Translations under genes and position numbers: made by a program
Shown: one piece after another, positions 39,820 through 53,810 of the stretch
Numbering within the stretch: the stretch's first letter is position 1
Layout of the letters: each line of letters begins with the position of its first letter
NCBI GenBank assembly: GCA_002633005.1
Contig: NMRA01000777.1
Coordinates: 33,879 to 97,878 of the forward strand
From: Phoronis australis
Taxonomy: Eukaryota > Animalia > Phoronida
Length of the DNA: 64,000 bases
Reading direction: 5' to 3'
Notes under the pieces: generated by a model
Databases searched by the model: none
The model's input: the letters and a program-made list of their open reading frames with translations, nothing else
What the model was told of the DNA's origin: nothing

Positions 39820-40368
39820 TATGGTGGGCCGTTGAGGGGAAAGTGTCGCCGTAAAATTACGCTCGTAATTACGAGCGTAAATTAAATAACAGGAGTGTCG
39901 CCGTACAATTACGCTCGTAAATTAAATGGGGAAAAGTTTCGCCGTAAAATTGCTCTCGTAAATTAAATGGGGGAAATGTCGCCGTAAATTACGCTCGTAA
40001 AATACCTTAAGAACGTTCCAGATTTAAACCAATCAGTGTTGACCTAACATACACGACTGTTCCTAGGCAGCTCGTTCTTGCACAATCGCTGACATTGCAG
40101 CAGCGATTTGATCCGCCATGATTCAGCGCTCGTATTGTAGACATGTAACCCGTCAGTAAACTAAGTATTTCCATGAGCACGCGCGACCGTGCATTGTAAA
40201 ACCCAGCGTCATTGGCTAAGAGTTTAAACTATTAGTAAATTACGAGCGTAATTTTACGCCGTAAAGAATTAAATTACGCTCGTAATTTTACGGCGTAAAT
40301 AACGGCGTAATGTACATAATTACGCTCGTATTTTTCCGGCGACACTTTCCCCCCAACGGCCCACCATA
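39820..40368. mobile_element. Foldback MITE with ~32-bp TIRs and AATTACGCTCGTAA subterminal arrays
   Basis: TATGGTGGGCCGTTGAGGGGAAAGTGTCGCCG ... CGGCGACACTTTCCCCCCAACGGCCCACCATA. Flanked by CCTTCG on both sides (39814-39819, 40369-40374). A homologous empty site is at ~22985 (GCTTCGCTTGTAATAC). Confidence 0.85.
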
Positions 40369-42302
40369 CCTTCGATTGTAATACATGGCGATAGCTATAG
40401 AAGACTTGAATTCTTGTATGATCGTGTGAATTTTCGAACTCCTTGCGTAATGAAGAACGAGCAACCCAGAGAACGTACACCTATAATTTGAGCTAACAAT
40501 TTCATTGCGACGAAGACATATCCTATGAATCTCTTCGCGGTCGTTATGGCGTGAGTTGACCATAGTCTCCTACGTCAGAGTTTGAGGCCCGGGAACCAGG
40601 TTAGAGTTGACCAGTGTTATGCAAATAGATCGATGTTCAAGTGATCCAAACAAGCGCAAAACCCTCTGGTCTGAGCTCATTAAACTAAGTTTCATAGCCA
40701 ATATCAGTAGACTATCAAACATTACTAGTCGTAGTGGATTTATTCCATGTCATATAAAGTACAAAACTAAACATTCAATATTGAATTAGGGAAGGCCCTG
40801 TGAAGGTGCTTGCAACCTGCTGACCTTAGGGCCACCCATCAGAGGGAATCATAAAGTAATAAAAGATACACAGTAGACAATATGGCAAATGAATAAACAG
40901 GCAATGAAATTTTCAATCATGAACAAATTCATATTAATAACAATAAGACATTAAATAAATACACAAAACGTACCTTACTCCGCGTGTCGAGATCGATACG
41001 CGAAATAATGTCGAGTGGGTATATAATTATATACAAGGCCGTAGGATGTGGGGGGCGGGGGGGGGTCACGGGCTAACCAAAAATTTTCAGGCGTCAGGGT
41101 TCAACCGTGGCAACCGACATACGCATGGGCCGGGGACAGTCGAGAAAAGAAAGACTGGTAAATGCGGATAAGAGAGAAAAATCAAGAGAAACATTTAGCA
41201 ACTCTGTGTGAGTGCATGGTTTATCTTTAGGAACCCTGGCCAGGACATTGTTGTTGAGGTCTCCGCTTTCGCAGCACAGGTCGTCTAAACGCACTTGAAA
41301 ACGTGCACGTAATGATTCATGCATTATATTTCGAAAAATCAAAAAAAATGTAAAGCGAAGCTTTTGCGGAGCGTACTAATTTACTTGATTTTTAAATTCA
41401 ATAAGTCAAAATTTTGCGACTGCAAAACCATATTTTTCCAGAGGCACCTCTCTGGCAAGGGATAACGGAAACAAATGTTGATTTTTCCCGAATTGTGTGT
41501 CACTTGATGCCCTGACAGATATCATCAATTGCTGCACATTTCGTGATTTTTCAAAATATTGATAATTTCATATTAATGGGCCCCAACCTTGAAGGAGGAC
41601 ATTGATGACATTCAAGTGACCACTCTTTTTATGTTTTTATTTACAAATTCTTAAGGGTCCGCTCACTGATAAAGGGCCAATGTTGTACTTGATTACGTCT
41701 AGTTTCCTTTTTGTGACTGACTTTCAAGTTGAAGAGGGTCACTTCCTGCACCGTCTTGTGGCCACACGACAGTGGAATGAACTGTAACTCTTTTCTAACT
41801 AAAGCTTAATGATATATGTAGTTAGTTTTTCATAAAAAAGTGTCCCATTTCAGACGATACTCTCTCTCGGTGGAGCAATTCGGGGAAATGTCCCTTTGTC
41901 CCTCTATACTTGAAAATCCGACACCATGGGCGGCGCAGCACTGAAAAAGTGTGGGGGTTAAAGCCCCCTCCCCCAGTCCCCTGTGATGCACCGTCCATAG
42001 ACCATAGGCGGCCCAGCCCCCTACGGTGCGCCGCCCATGGACACTGCCAAGTATTCTCGAGCGAAGTTGAGATTCCAAATTCATAAAACACCAACATTCG
42101 TGCACAGCACAGCAGTATCAAGACATTCGATCCAAACAACCAAAAAATGTGAAAAAATATAATAAGATTGACCGCCATCGAAACGGTGGAATTTTGAAGA
42201 ATGCGAAGACCCCTATTTGTTAAATACACGAAAGGACTATTTCTGGTGGTTATTCATAGAATAATTAGAAAACGGACAATCGCCGCACAAATAAAAAAAA
42301 TT

Positions 42303-42350
42303 CATGTTAACTCAACGTTTCGTCTTTTCATAAGACATCATCAGGACATG
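42303..42350 (-). ncRNA. Candidate minimal type I hammerhead ribozyme (Penelope/retrozyme-like)
   Basis: The minus strand reads CATGTC-CTGATGA-T-GTCTT-ATGAA-AAGAC-GAAA-CGTT-GA-GTTAA-CATG. This gives intact CUGAUGA and GAAA cores, a perfect 5-bp stem II, a palindromic minimal stem III (AACGTT), and a 6-bp stem I with a 5-nt bulge. Confidence 0.6.
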
Positions 42351-43483
42351 TACAGTTAGACAACAAGTGTCGATTACCATTCAAGTCACATCCATGTAGT
42401 GAAATGAGAGTGAGAGATTGTCCGTTTTCTAATCGTACTATGGCCAAAAAATAATGTAATTATAAAATAATATTACTGTTTCTCATAGTATCACAAGAAT
42501 AGTATCTCTTTTGAAAATGGTTACTATGAGTTGTTTGTAAGGAATTCCAACATGCAGAAAACACTGGTGTCGAGGTGAACGAGTGTACTCAAATACTCCC
42601 AATAATTAACAAATATTTCAGCTTTTTGGGGGTCAAGTTAAACTCGTGAAGTGAGCAAAAATACACCTTACTATGAATGCCCAATCTCCCATTTTCCCCG
42701 GGTTACCCGCCAAAAATCTGCGAGCATGGCTGCGGATATTGCTTATAACATTGATTTCAAGTTTTGATTAACAAATTCGTTGGTTTCTTATTTACATGCT
42801 TATGTATCTACGAAAACCGACAGGTTAATAGATGATTTTTGGCTACTAGAAGCTAATCTTTAAGAAATGATGGCGATTCAGGGAATTTAATTAAAGCCTG
42901 GATATGGAAAAACTCTATAATCAGATCCCCAAATAGTAAAGTGCACCTGAACGCTTTTGCCTATCTAAAATAAGCCTCAAAAGATATTGGTGAAATTTGG
43001 ACACTTCCCAAAAATTTACCCACTATTCAAATGACAATAAATATATTACTTTTTGACTTAGGTACGAGTTTGTTTGGTTTAAACTCACCAACAGAGAATC
43101 AAAAGAGAATTAAGTCATTAAATCAAGGTAAACGCGTTGCTCATGGATTTGATTGTTGGTTTGAGATTTACATGTTTATGTATCCATGAAAGATGAAAGT
43201 GGACTGATTGACGGATGATTTTTTGACAATTAGAAGCTTTTCTTGTAGAAATGAGAATGCTCCAATGAACTCAGTTGCAAGTAGACAGCGAGAAAATTCG
43301 ATCTATCATCAGGGCTGGGTTGCATAAAGCTACAAAAAAAATCTAACTCATTGGTAATCAACTTGGAAAGATTCTCTTTGCAGTTCTGTGGTGTCTTTAG
43401 TTTCCAGTAGTATTGAACAATGGTTTTTTGTTATTCAAAACTGATTCGTTTGCTTGCATTTTCCGTGCATACTACACACACAG

Positions 43484-43700
43484 TATGCGCGCATCCAGCC
43501 TAACATTTTTGAGGATGTGGACCTTTTACTAAAGAAAAGAAAAAACGAAACACGGGGTTCGTTCAGGGCTATGAATCATGCAGACGCCGAATTCCAATCT
43601 TCTTAGTGGACTTTTCTGTAGTTTTTCTAGGACATTTTGTTTCTTTGAGGCGGACCTTTTTACCCACTTTTCCAAACCCTTCCCCTTGGGTGCGCGCATG
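43484..43700. mobile_element. MITE of the (C/T)ATGCGCGCACCCAG family
   Basis: TIRs TATGCGCGCATCCAG / TTGGGTGCGCGCATG with the same internal blocks. No clear TSD. Confidence 0.7.
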
Positions 43701-46700
43701 CAGGGAACACGTAATAACTGGCAAGACCACGTTTAAAGTAAGGTGTAACCATGCAGTAGGCCTGCATAGAATATCAGTTACCCACGGGAGCTCAATTTGA
43801 ACCCCAGATGTTGAAGTGTGTACATTTTTGGGACACACTCTGTATCATTTCCCCCAGCAACCAGAAACTGGACTACCGGCTGTGTTTCATCTAGGGATTC
43901 TGAAACGGCCACAAAGGCACTCATACCAAGTACCTCGGAACCTCACATTTCCAAAAAAGTACTTCAAAGACTGGCCATAAATGATGATTTCAGAAAACAA
44001 ACCTTGGCCTTCGACCCAGAGCAGAGGAACAGGTGCGAATATATTGTTGTAGCCCGACTATAGTTACTTCAGGCAGCTTCCTGCTACCCGTCAGTACTCT
44101 CCGTGAAACTTTGTTGGTTCACGGTTACTCGGTTACGGTTACCTATGGCGGACGTGGGGGGGCTCGGTGCAAACATGATGACATATCTAGAGAACGGGAG
44201 GGGGTGGCGATAGCAAGGGGATACGTTGGCGAAGTCAAATTGGTTTGTGCCCCCCCCCCCAATATTTTTCCTTCCAATGGGCCTGATATATATTATCTAA
44301 CATACATAGGAATACTACTGCCATATTCTATAGATAATTCATTTCATCTGGAAATGTCCCAACGAGACCGATGGACAAGTTGGGACATTCCTAGATGTAT
44401 TCCAAGCACGATACCCAAGTCGGTTAAGCGACAAGACTGATCTGTGAAAGTGTTTAATAACCAGTAAAGATTTATTTCCTAATAAATTTATTAGACTTTT
44501 CAGTTTGTGGAACATACAAATTAAAGCACTGAACCATTCAAAAATATCAAAAGTTTGTCGGAAACTTAAAAACAATCCATTCGGGAATATAAATGATGAA
44601 ACATTGACTGAACAGTTGTGAAGCAGTGTGTCGTTTTAGCTTCGATGAATTTCTTAGCTTTCCTCGTCTGTTTTTGTGTCTTAGCTTTTGAACGACGCTT
44701 TGGATTAATGATTTAGGTAACCCGAATGAACAAGCTCAATCAAATTTGGTGTTGCACTTGCGAATTTACTCCACCAGGAGACTGCTCATCAACCGTGAAA
44801 TACGGCTTCTACCGTTGTATACGGCTTCTACCGTCGTATACGGATTGGCTCTGTTTTTTCCGTATTTCACAGTTACAAACATTCAAGCGCAATGCCAGCT
44901 GAATTTGAAGAGCGAAATCAACTTAATTATCACAACAACAATTAATCAACTAGTCCAACAAGGTCACGCGGGCGGAGTCAACATATTGAGTGGGTCAAGA
45001 AGCTGGTGCATTGTGGTCCACTTCAAAGTAGGTCAACTGTTCATTTCTTATACACACCAAACGCCGGGAGACTAATATGAAACCCAAGTGCGAAATTTTA
45101 TGGACTAACAGAAATCGAATCAGTGGTTAAAGCGCGTCGTCAGCATGAAATTGAAACTGCGAAATGTCAATTTACCTATCAAATTAAGGAATTTGTGTCA
45201 GTATTTATCTCTTTTCACTTGCTGTGTTCGTGACCACAGGGTCACAAATGGGCGTGTGGCGACTAATAGCATTCGTTCTCAACGGTCAGACACAGAACTC
45301 CATCAGGATCAAAACTAAGTTTTGCTTTTGTTTTCCCCAACATCTCTATATGTTATGAAGACGTCGTTAACTCAATATTATGGTGACTCGGTGAATGAAA
45401 TGATTGAGGTTACATACTTAGCTGCTTTGTGCCTAGCGGGGAGTCAATTTGAGTGAAAGCCCCTAAACTTTGACCTTGGATAAGTGGGAAACAAATTGCC
45501 ACGCGGTGGTGCGGTTTCAAGGTGGTTGTGCTAAATATTTTTTCTCGCTACACGGTATACATTTCGTATTTCGAAGTTTCCCGAGAATGGATATAAGGTA
45601 TTTTGCTAGATGTATGTGAAATATTGTACAAAATGGCCATTTCTGTGAAATCAATAAGGTTTGAGGTATCCTTAAACAGCTGAAAACTCGGGATTCTTTA
45701 ACACACATCCTAATGGCATAACTAAAGTTTTGCCCGTGGATACTGAAAATATTCACAAGCAAACACTCGAGAAGTAATAGGTAAAATTGATTATTCTAAC
45801 GCGTGAGTAGAGCGAAAACGAAGACACAAAAAGCTGGTAATAAATAACTTCAAGAACAAACAATTCGTCAACGATTCGTAATGACTGACTTAAGTCACTG
45901 GATGTGAAGGGATATTTCGTTTCGTTTTTTATACGGATTTAAAGTTTTCGTTTTTATTCCAGCTGTTACCTACATGTACCTGTGAAACTATTTGCCACTA
46001 TCCAACTGGCTCTCATAAAAAGGTTTTAGTGGAATCTTCTCGAAGATTTTTGTTACAGTAAGAGACATTCGTTCAGACATTTCCTGCCTTTCAGTATTAA
46101 AAAGCTTTCAGTAACAGAACGTGGTACCGGAACATGGCTGTGTGTTCCGTTGGGCTAGTTTCTTGCGAGTTTGTCGACATTACGCCATAGATCGAACAAG
46201 TGAAAGACGAGTGAAGCTCTCCGTCTTACTAGAATAAATTAGCAAAATGACAGCCAGTGATGCGTGTTTCGGTAGAATTATGCTAGAAAGCTGTACGTGA
46301 ACCCCCTATTCCCTTTGCACATTAAGCCAATAAACTTCTCTTCCACAGTGTTTGGCGAGTGGCTTGCGTTACCGAACGCATCCTCGCACTGCCATCTGAG
46401 CGTCACCACGTCGCTCAGCTCAGTCGATTGGTTCTATTACTTTCTTAACTGCTTCACACTGTCGTAGACCGCTTTGACGATATCCAAATGTCGCTGTTCC
46501 GTCAGACAGGTAGTGATTGGAGACATGAAGTTTGTGAGGTAACTAAAACCTAGTTGGTTGTCTACGTCACCAAATACACTTTTACACCCATAACCAAAGT
46601 GACCGAAGCACGTGTAATTAGTCTGAAACAACAAATGAAAAAGTACGAATAGTGTAAACTGAAATTAAACAACGCAGAAACGTTTCGGATTTCAAAACTG

Positions 46701-46729
46701 TTTCTGAACTACTAACACACGAGACTCTA

Positions 46730-46921
46730 CATGCGCGCACCCAGGGGGGGGGGGGCTCGGTGGAGCCCCCGTTTGGCGAAGTGGGCAAAAAGATCCTCCT
46801 CAGAGAAACAAAAACTCCTTAAAAGTAGGAAACGAGACAAAAGTCCACTAAAAAGTCAGGAACTACCAAAATTCGGTGAATGCACAATTCACAGCTCAGT
46901 TTTAGCCTGGATGCGCTCATA
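46730..46921. mobile_element. MITE of the (C/T)ATGCGCGCACCCAG family, 5-bp TSD CTCTA
   Basis: TIRs CATGCGCGCACCCAG / CTGGATGCGCTCATA. CTCTA at 46725-46729 and 46922-46926. Absent from the matching intron of paralogue A. Confidence 0.8.
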
Positions 46922-49516
46922 CTCTATGAGTTAGAAATACATGATATACTATTTCATTGCAGGAATCTGTGCGCCCTCAATCGTCTTACCGCGGATATCG
47001 GAAGCAAGAGTACTCCCGGACCAAACGTGGCTTCCATAGGAATTACTTTGTCAGGACCCGATACTTCCACGGTATTAAGACGCTTGATAGCCTCCTTTGA
47101 CAAGAGCATACGACCGTCACTGGCCTTGCCACCTGATGCCAATATACCGGCGACCTTGAATGAAAGAAAATATCACTGTAGTATTCGTCACAAATCGAAT
47201 TCAGCAGATTTTTTCTTTCTAACTTTTGGTGCTGTTACTTCATAATTCGCACATGACATTGTTGAACCATGGATATGCTGGTGTCAAAACTGTCCTGATT
47301 TTCATAATATTCAAGGATTTCTAACTTCAAGAGAAATTAAGGGATCACCTGTCGATGATACGAAGGTTAGTTTTGGAAGTGTGGAATTAATGTTTCTCGG
47401 TGCCCTAAACCTCGTGGTCGCCCGCATCCTCGTCAACACAATTTTAGCAACCCGTCCTCAGGAGTTGGCATATTTTTAGACCCCCTATCGCCACATTCGT
47501 CGCCAAACAGCACATTCTACTTCACCACTCGATCGCCACCATTTTTGCCCAACGTGGTAAGCCTATGTAGTATTCCAGGAGTGCGGTTCCTTAAGTTGCA
47601 GCTTACGGTAGCTTCCCCTTATTTAGTGCACAGTATGGACGACAAGTGAAAAAGTATGTTATTAATTTACTCCACAAAAGTAAAGATTATTTATAAACAA
47701 ATTTTAGTCAATTATAAACTTGGATGTCATAGAACAACAACACTTATTAAACTTCCCTGTATTTGCAAAAAAGTAACCGGCCACTGAAAAAGAGAAAAAC
47801 AACCATTTTGGCAAATCATTTTTGATTGAAATAGTAGAGAAATACATTACTGCAGTTAGCTTATTTAAACCTTCCACTGGACACTGTGCTGTATTGCTTG
47901 GATACTGGTAAACAGTTCCACATCAAGTTGCTCACGCACCAACGAAATGTTTTTCGTGAACGTGATATAATTGTATCGTGAGAAAACGTCAAATTAAAGC
48001 TGCAACAAGCCCGCTCTCCATCACAAAACCCAACTTTTGAGGATTCAGACCACTTACCCCTAGGAAATTAATCTGAAATTGTCCGTTATTCAGAGATAAC
48101 TCCAGGACTTCACATGTGCTGACATTTCGTAATTGCTCGAGACCAGGCTCTACAAGATCACATGTAACTGTGGGTCATCTGATCTCAAGGAATAACAAAC
48201 TATCAGTTGTTTGAAAGCCCAGAAATCACTTACTCTGTGTAAGGTACAAGATGATACCAATTTTATAGCGGTAAGTGGCCTAAATCAAAAGTTTGCTCTT
48301 CACCGGAATAGTGAGTTCATGGCCGATTTAATTTGTTTAGGGGAACTTTATCAGGTTTGTAGCGAGTTACAGCGGAGACACAAGTGCAGTCGTCGGCAAT
48401 GAGACAGGTGAATCACAGACTCACGCTTTATGAACGAGCAAACATTCTAGCTAACATTACGCCCCTGAGCACTTCAGTGATCACAATCATGGTCACCAGT
48501 CCTCCGCATACGAAAAAACGCAACCAGTATGCCGTTTGGAAACCTACACAATATTTTTCCTTTCAAAATTGTGGTTGAGCCTTCCCTTCCCTTGTTACAC
48601 CCTTGATACATCGGCGGTGCACCACAGAGGGCTAAGGGGGCTTTAGCCCTCCCCCCACTTTTTTCAGTGTTTCACCGCTCATGTGATAATAGGGCCGTCC
48701 CGGATTAAACAGCGACGATCGAATCTCGTTGCATTTACTCACAATAAAATGACTATCCGTCAGGTACATTTGCTGCCTCGTTTTCGTGCCAATGGGGGTT
48801 CACGTGTTATTTGTTGTTGCCTGATTCTTTACAAGTTTTTCTCGGTTGCATTACTTTATTCGTTCTTTCAATGTTGTGGGCTTCAACTCCGACATACCCA
48901 TGGATGCGTGATTTGAAATTCTTCGCCTTCCCGACATCAATGAGAGACACCGAAAATGTGCATCATTTCTAAAACGAAGTCACGCGCTTTCTAATCTCCG
49001 GAACAAAGGAGAGTTCTATCGCCGTGTAATCCGGACCTCTTGGCATCTCCACGGTACTAGCTCCTCAATGCCAATTTTACTGGTCTCTGGCGTAATAACA
49101 TAGTATACCCGCGTGCACCTGAACATGTTAGAGTATCGAAGACTCTTCCATAACGAGCCTGTTGCAAGTGCCACAATGTTGTAAAAAATGGCGGTGAATG
49201 CTGAGCATTTATCGGTTGTTTAATTTCAACTATAGATACAATTTTGAAGTCCCATTTCCAGGAAACGGTACACAAGATGAATTCATAACAAGGAAGAAAC
49301 GCACAAACATTTGAGCACTGACGATATCCTTCAACTATCTCATCTATCAATCTCTCACCTTAGCTGCCGCAGCGGCTGTGCCGTAACCATGGAACGAGAC
49401 GATTCCAACGGACTGGTAGTCTGGCTGATTGGCCTGCAAGAGATTTTAAACATGGGTTCAATATTCAAAAGTACCCCTGAACACTTTGGCGAGTTAAACC
49501 TGAGTGCATACTACAT

Positions 49517-49578
49517 ATGTGTGTGCGTGTGCATGTGTGTGTGTGTGTGCTTGCGTATACGTATACGTATACGTATAC
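49517..49578. repeat. Compound microsatellite (TG)n + (CGTATA)n
   Basis: Directly visible in intron 6 of paralogue B. Confidence 0.9.
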
Positions 49579-49747
49579 AGATAGGTTATCTCCCCGTCAT
49601 AGGAATACTACTGCCATATCCTATCGAGAATTCATTTCATCTGGGGATGCACCGAAGGTCGAGTTGGGACATTCCCAGATAAAACGAATATGTATACAAC
49701 ATGCGTATTTTCACATATATGGGATAACTATATGAATATATATATAG

Positions 49748-50060
49748 ATTATTACATGCTGAAGTCGTTATCCCCGATATCTAAAGCTAGAGTGGATTTT
49801 GGAGAATTATCGCATGAGGGGCGTTAGCCCCGAAGGTGATAATTCTTCAAAATCCACGAGGGTTCTAGATAAGGGGGATAGCGACTGAGAACATGTAATA
49901 ATCTATTTATACCACACAGTGAACGAGAAACATTGCAACTCGCCCCGGCTTTGTAACTATTTTCTGTGTCAGAGGCCCGGGGTCGGAGGTCGTGACCTTT
50001 TAAGAGAAGTCGAGCTATTTTTGTCAAATAATGCTTATACTCAAAAGCAATTGAAAATTA
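49748..50060. repeat. Dispersed repeat fragment; second copy at ~54871-55030
   Basis: Shared blocks GATTATTACATG...GAGTGGATTTTGGAGAATTATCGC and GAGGCCCGGGGTCGGAGGTCGTGACCTTTTAAGA...CTATTTTTGTCAAATA. Both copies lie in paralogue B introns. Confidence 0.75.
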
Positions 50061-53000
50061 TATATAGAGAGAGAGAGAGATCCCAAAGGCGGACTTGCGC
50101 TTACCGTCGCATAAAAGTCAGACTTCACATTCTTGAACACCTTCTGAAGCATCTCCGACGGCATCAATTCCCGTATGCTCTGTGAAATTGTATTCTGGGT
50201 GATAACATTATAAAATGTCATGGTTCTGGTGGATTCCCTAGCGAGACGATAGCTTTCTGCTAATGGGAGGCCCACGAAAAAATCGACACCAAACGGCTTG
50301 GCTATTTCTTCTTTGAAGAACACCTGCGCGCTGCGATGTGCTGGATCCGCCCGGCGTATTAGCTGGTCCACGTAAAGGCCAAATGTTACGCCATGATAAC
50401 CAGATCCGGTTCCTTTAAAGGAAAGTAACCACACTACAATGTAATCATGCGCTTAGTTATCGCAGACAGTAAATTCTTACGTTGAATGAGTCGTCATATT
50501 CATCAGAAATTTTTAAACTTTGTTTTCAAACATCATAGTAATGTTTAGTATTTTGGAATTTGAATATTAATTAACTTTTCATTGCAATGTTGTAAGCTTA
50601 CCAAGTTTCCACAAGGGTTTTTGTTTAGCTAAGAACTGTCCAAATTTCTCCGGATCCTCCAACACTTGGCGATAGTCAAAGGTTTCGTCTGTTACAGCTA
50701 ATCCTGCCTGTTAAAATATATAAAAATCAGAAGTGCCATTTTGCTCCATGTGTCATTTTCAAACTGAAAATCATTTCTTACCTTTTCATATCCCGGATGT
50801 ACTGTCGAAAACAGGAGCTTACATAACAGTGCAAATGGGCCCGTTCGATAGATTCAACACACTCGCGAAAACACAAGATCACGCGAGTCTTCACGAGATA
50901 TTGCCATGCGTTACAAGTAAAGCAAGTAAACCCCTGGTCAGTTATGTTGTTTTCTATTCTATATTGGCATAGCGTCAAGATAAATGTCTTGTACTTGTGT
51001 ACATTATCGTTTTATAATGCAAATTCACTCTTCGTATATCAAACCTAATGCTCGAGTTCAAACATCAACTTGCAGCGATATCGGTGAAGTCATTACCGGG
51101 ACTTTCCGATGAAACACCCATGGGCGTTTATTCGGAAAATTATGCAACGGTATCGGCAGAGTCATTAGGTGTGAACTTAGATTATTGATTCTTCAATGCA
51201 AATTGAAATGCAGTTGAGGAAAAACCAAGGAAATTTGAATTGAGCTAGTCCTTAACTAGACGACAGAAATGTCCAAAATCAACTTGAAGTCGAATTCAAC
51301 AAGGCTCACTGAGATTGTTTCAGGCCCGGATGTCAAGATCTTTGCTTTTCTTCTGGTTTAAATATTGAAAATCTGATTGGTTCGGGATGAGAAGTAATTG
51401 AGTGTGACAATAAACTTGAGTGATGTTTTCAAAACAAAAATTGTTTTTATCTCACTCTTTCCAGATGGCTAGGTTCACCAACAATTGAAATCAAACCAAG
51501 AATCAGCCCAGGAGTCTACGTCGAGAAGGTCCTTGAATGTGATGAGTTGGTTTTCAAAATTCCGCTGTACAATTTGTGCTTCAATGAGTTCTCAATTCAA
51601 AATACCGGTGAGCATTCATTAACACTGTTGGTTTATACAATGGAAATACTGGGTATACTCTGCGTTTTAACGTTCTACCCTTTTCGCCAACAGTTCAACA
51701 TTTCGACGAAGCATGTTTAGAGGAAGAACACACGAAAGGGCCCCTTCTTGTTTTTAAGCAGTTTTGGGAAATAAGGGGTACCCTTTTCACCACATCCACT
51801 TTGTCGGCCTGTTACCTCACACGTCACAATAATTGTGTAAATCATTCAAAAACATTAGGGTCTTCACGTTTTTCCCTTCGACAGGTCGTTTTTTGTTTGG
51901 TTTCCAAGACCGTTCTTCAAACTTGTACCAGCTTTTTGGGTTTTGCCCCCTGCCGGGAACATCGGTGGCTAGTCATCGACCCTCTTATACTAACTTCTTT
52001 ATTATAAATTATGTGTATAATACAACCTGGTGACTCAGCAGTTCTTTCACTTTTATATTCTCTTTTCCGTTGGCTGCAAATTCTGGCCAATAGGTGGCGA
52101 CTGTTTGCTCGTAGTCGAGGAGGCCTCTAAACATAAGAGATTTTTAAGCTACGTTTCGCTCTGTTTTACTGGCTGAAAACAAAAATCGAACTCGGCCTTG
52201 TACTCTCATAGATTGAAGCGGTCTAATAACATTGCTTACTGTACTAGAAGTCTATTTCAATTACCAACTCGATCCACAAGCAATGCCTACATGGACATAC
52301 GCTGTTTTCTTGATTAATTGTTAGTAAGAAACATTATGAGACCAGTTCATGCAAACAGTAAAAAGTTTTATTCTGTTTTCGCTTTCTTTCCAATTAAATA
52401 TAGCAAAATACAGCTTTAAACTTACTCTTTAATCGTTAAATTCGGCGACAGGTAAAAATCATGCGTCTAAACGTTGCTACAACCTAAAAACCATAGAATA
52501 AGAAAGGACCACTGTAAGACGCTTGACTGATATCATATGAGCTAGGAACGATATCATGTTCATACTGCTGCTACAGTAATGTACTATCAAATGAAATCTA
52601 ATATTCATTACGTACAAGTTTGAAATTGATAATGTATTCATGCCACTTCATGTAGCCACCGACCTGTCAACCAACATAGCTATCATCACAGCTCCAAAGA
52701 ACTTGGTTCCCGACCAAAAGTGCGCAATCGTGTTCTTTTTCCAAGGCAACATAAATTCTTCGTCTGCATATCCACCCCATATGTTTACAACCAGTTTCCC
52801 TGAAAGAGGATGAGCGAACACGTGCATCTGTAAACTACGCTGCAGTTTTTGTTGGTGTGTGTTTATGAAACCATAAAATAACATAATCAGTGTCATGAAT
52901 AAAATGCGCAAAATTGAACAGAATTACACGAATTGATATCAGACAACATTTCAACAGTTGTTCGGAGTCACTTCATCAAAATTACTTCGACTTTCTTTCG

Positions 53001-53810
53001 TGAACGTGTTTGTCTTTTACTTTTACTTTCGCAAAAATCTGACCCTCTACTTCCACGTGACCGTCAGGTACGGCTTTACTCACATGCTCATTTTTGCTAT
53101 GTGATTTTAGAGTTCAAACACCATGGCCAGTAACACAGTACTCGGACAGTAGTTTCCCTAAAACTGCACAGGTTAGGAGATATAATTATCAGGTTATCGG
53201 AGTTTCAAAGTGAATTTGATCATTCATCAAAGGAAATTCTGTATAATTATGCCGCCGACCTAGCCGAAATCATTCGAAAGTTTTGAGACTCAGCGAAGAA
53301 TTTCATTCTGTAAATTAATCAAAGATTGGAAACATTATAAGCTTTCAAAAAAATCATACGTTTACGTTTTTTTAAGACAATCAAAAAAACCAAGCATACG
53401 AAGCTACCTCTCGAAGACGAGAGAGTGGGCAAGGACGCATGCAAACCAGCCCGGATGTACACAAAACCCGGCATTATTGGAAATGTTATAACTCATCTCT
53501 CAAGGCAGTCCAGAGTTTAATTTCGTTCCCAAATGTTTACTTTATAGAGGTTTTAACTTCTCATCAAATGTGATTCGGCTCTTTGCCGCTTTTTCATATA
53601 CACTCAGGATCAGATTGGCTCTGCACATCGCCAGCATCAGCCATTTTTAAGGCGTCCAGAAACGAAACAGCTGATGAGGTCACCCCCTCGATTGCAATTA
53701 ACTTTGACTGGACGCCTTTGCTTTTTTAACAGTTTTGGTCATAGCTGAAATTAATTAATGACTCCTATCCAAAAATAATCATCAAAATGCATTTTCAGCC
53801 GTAACACCTT

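Noticed and set aside
45268-45310. Second hammerhead-like motif on the minus strand (CTGATGGA-GTTCT...AGAAC-GAAT)
   Set aside because: Two core positions are wrong (A9 and the last A of GAAA), and there is no convincing stem I or III.
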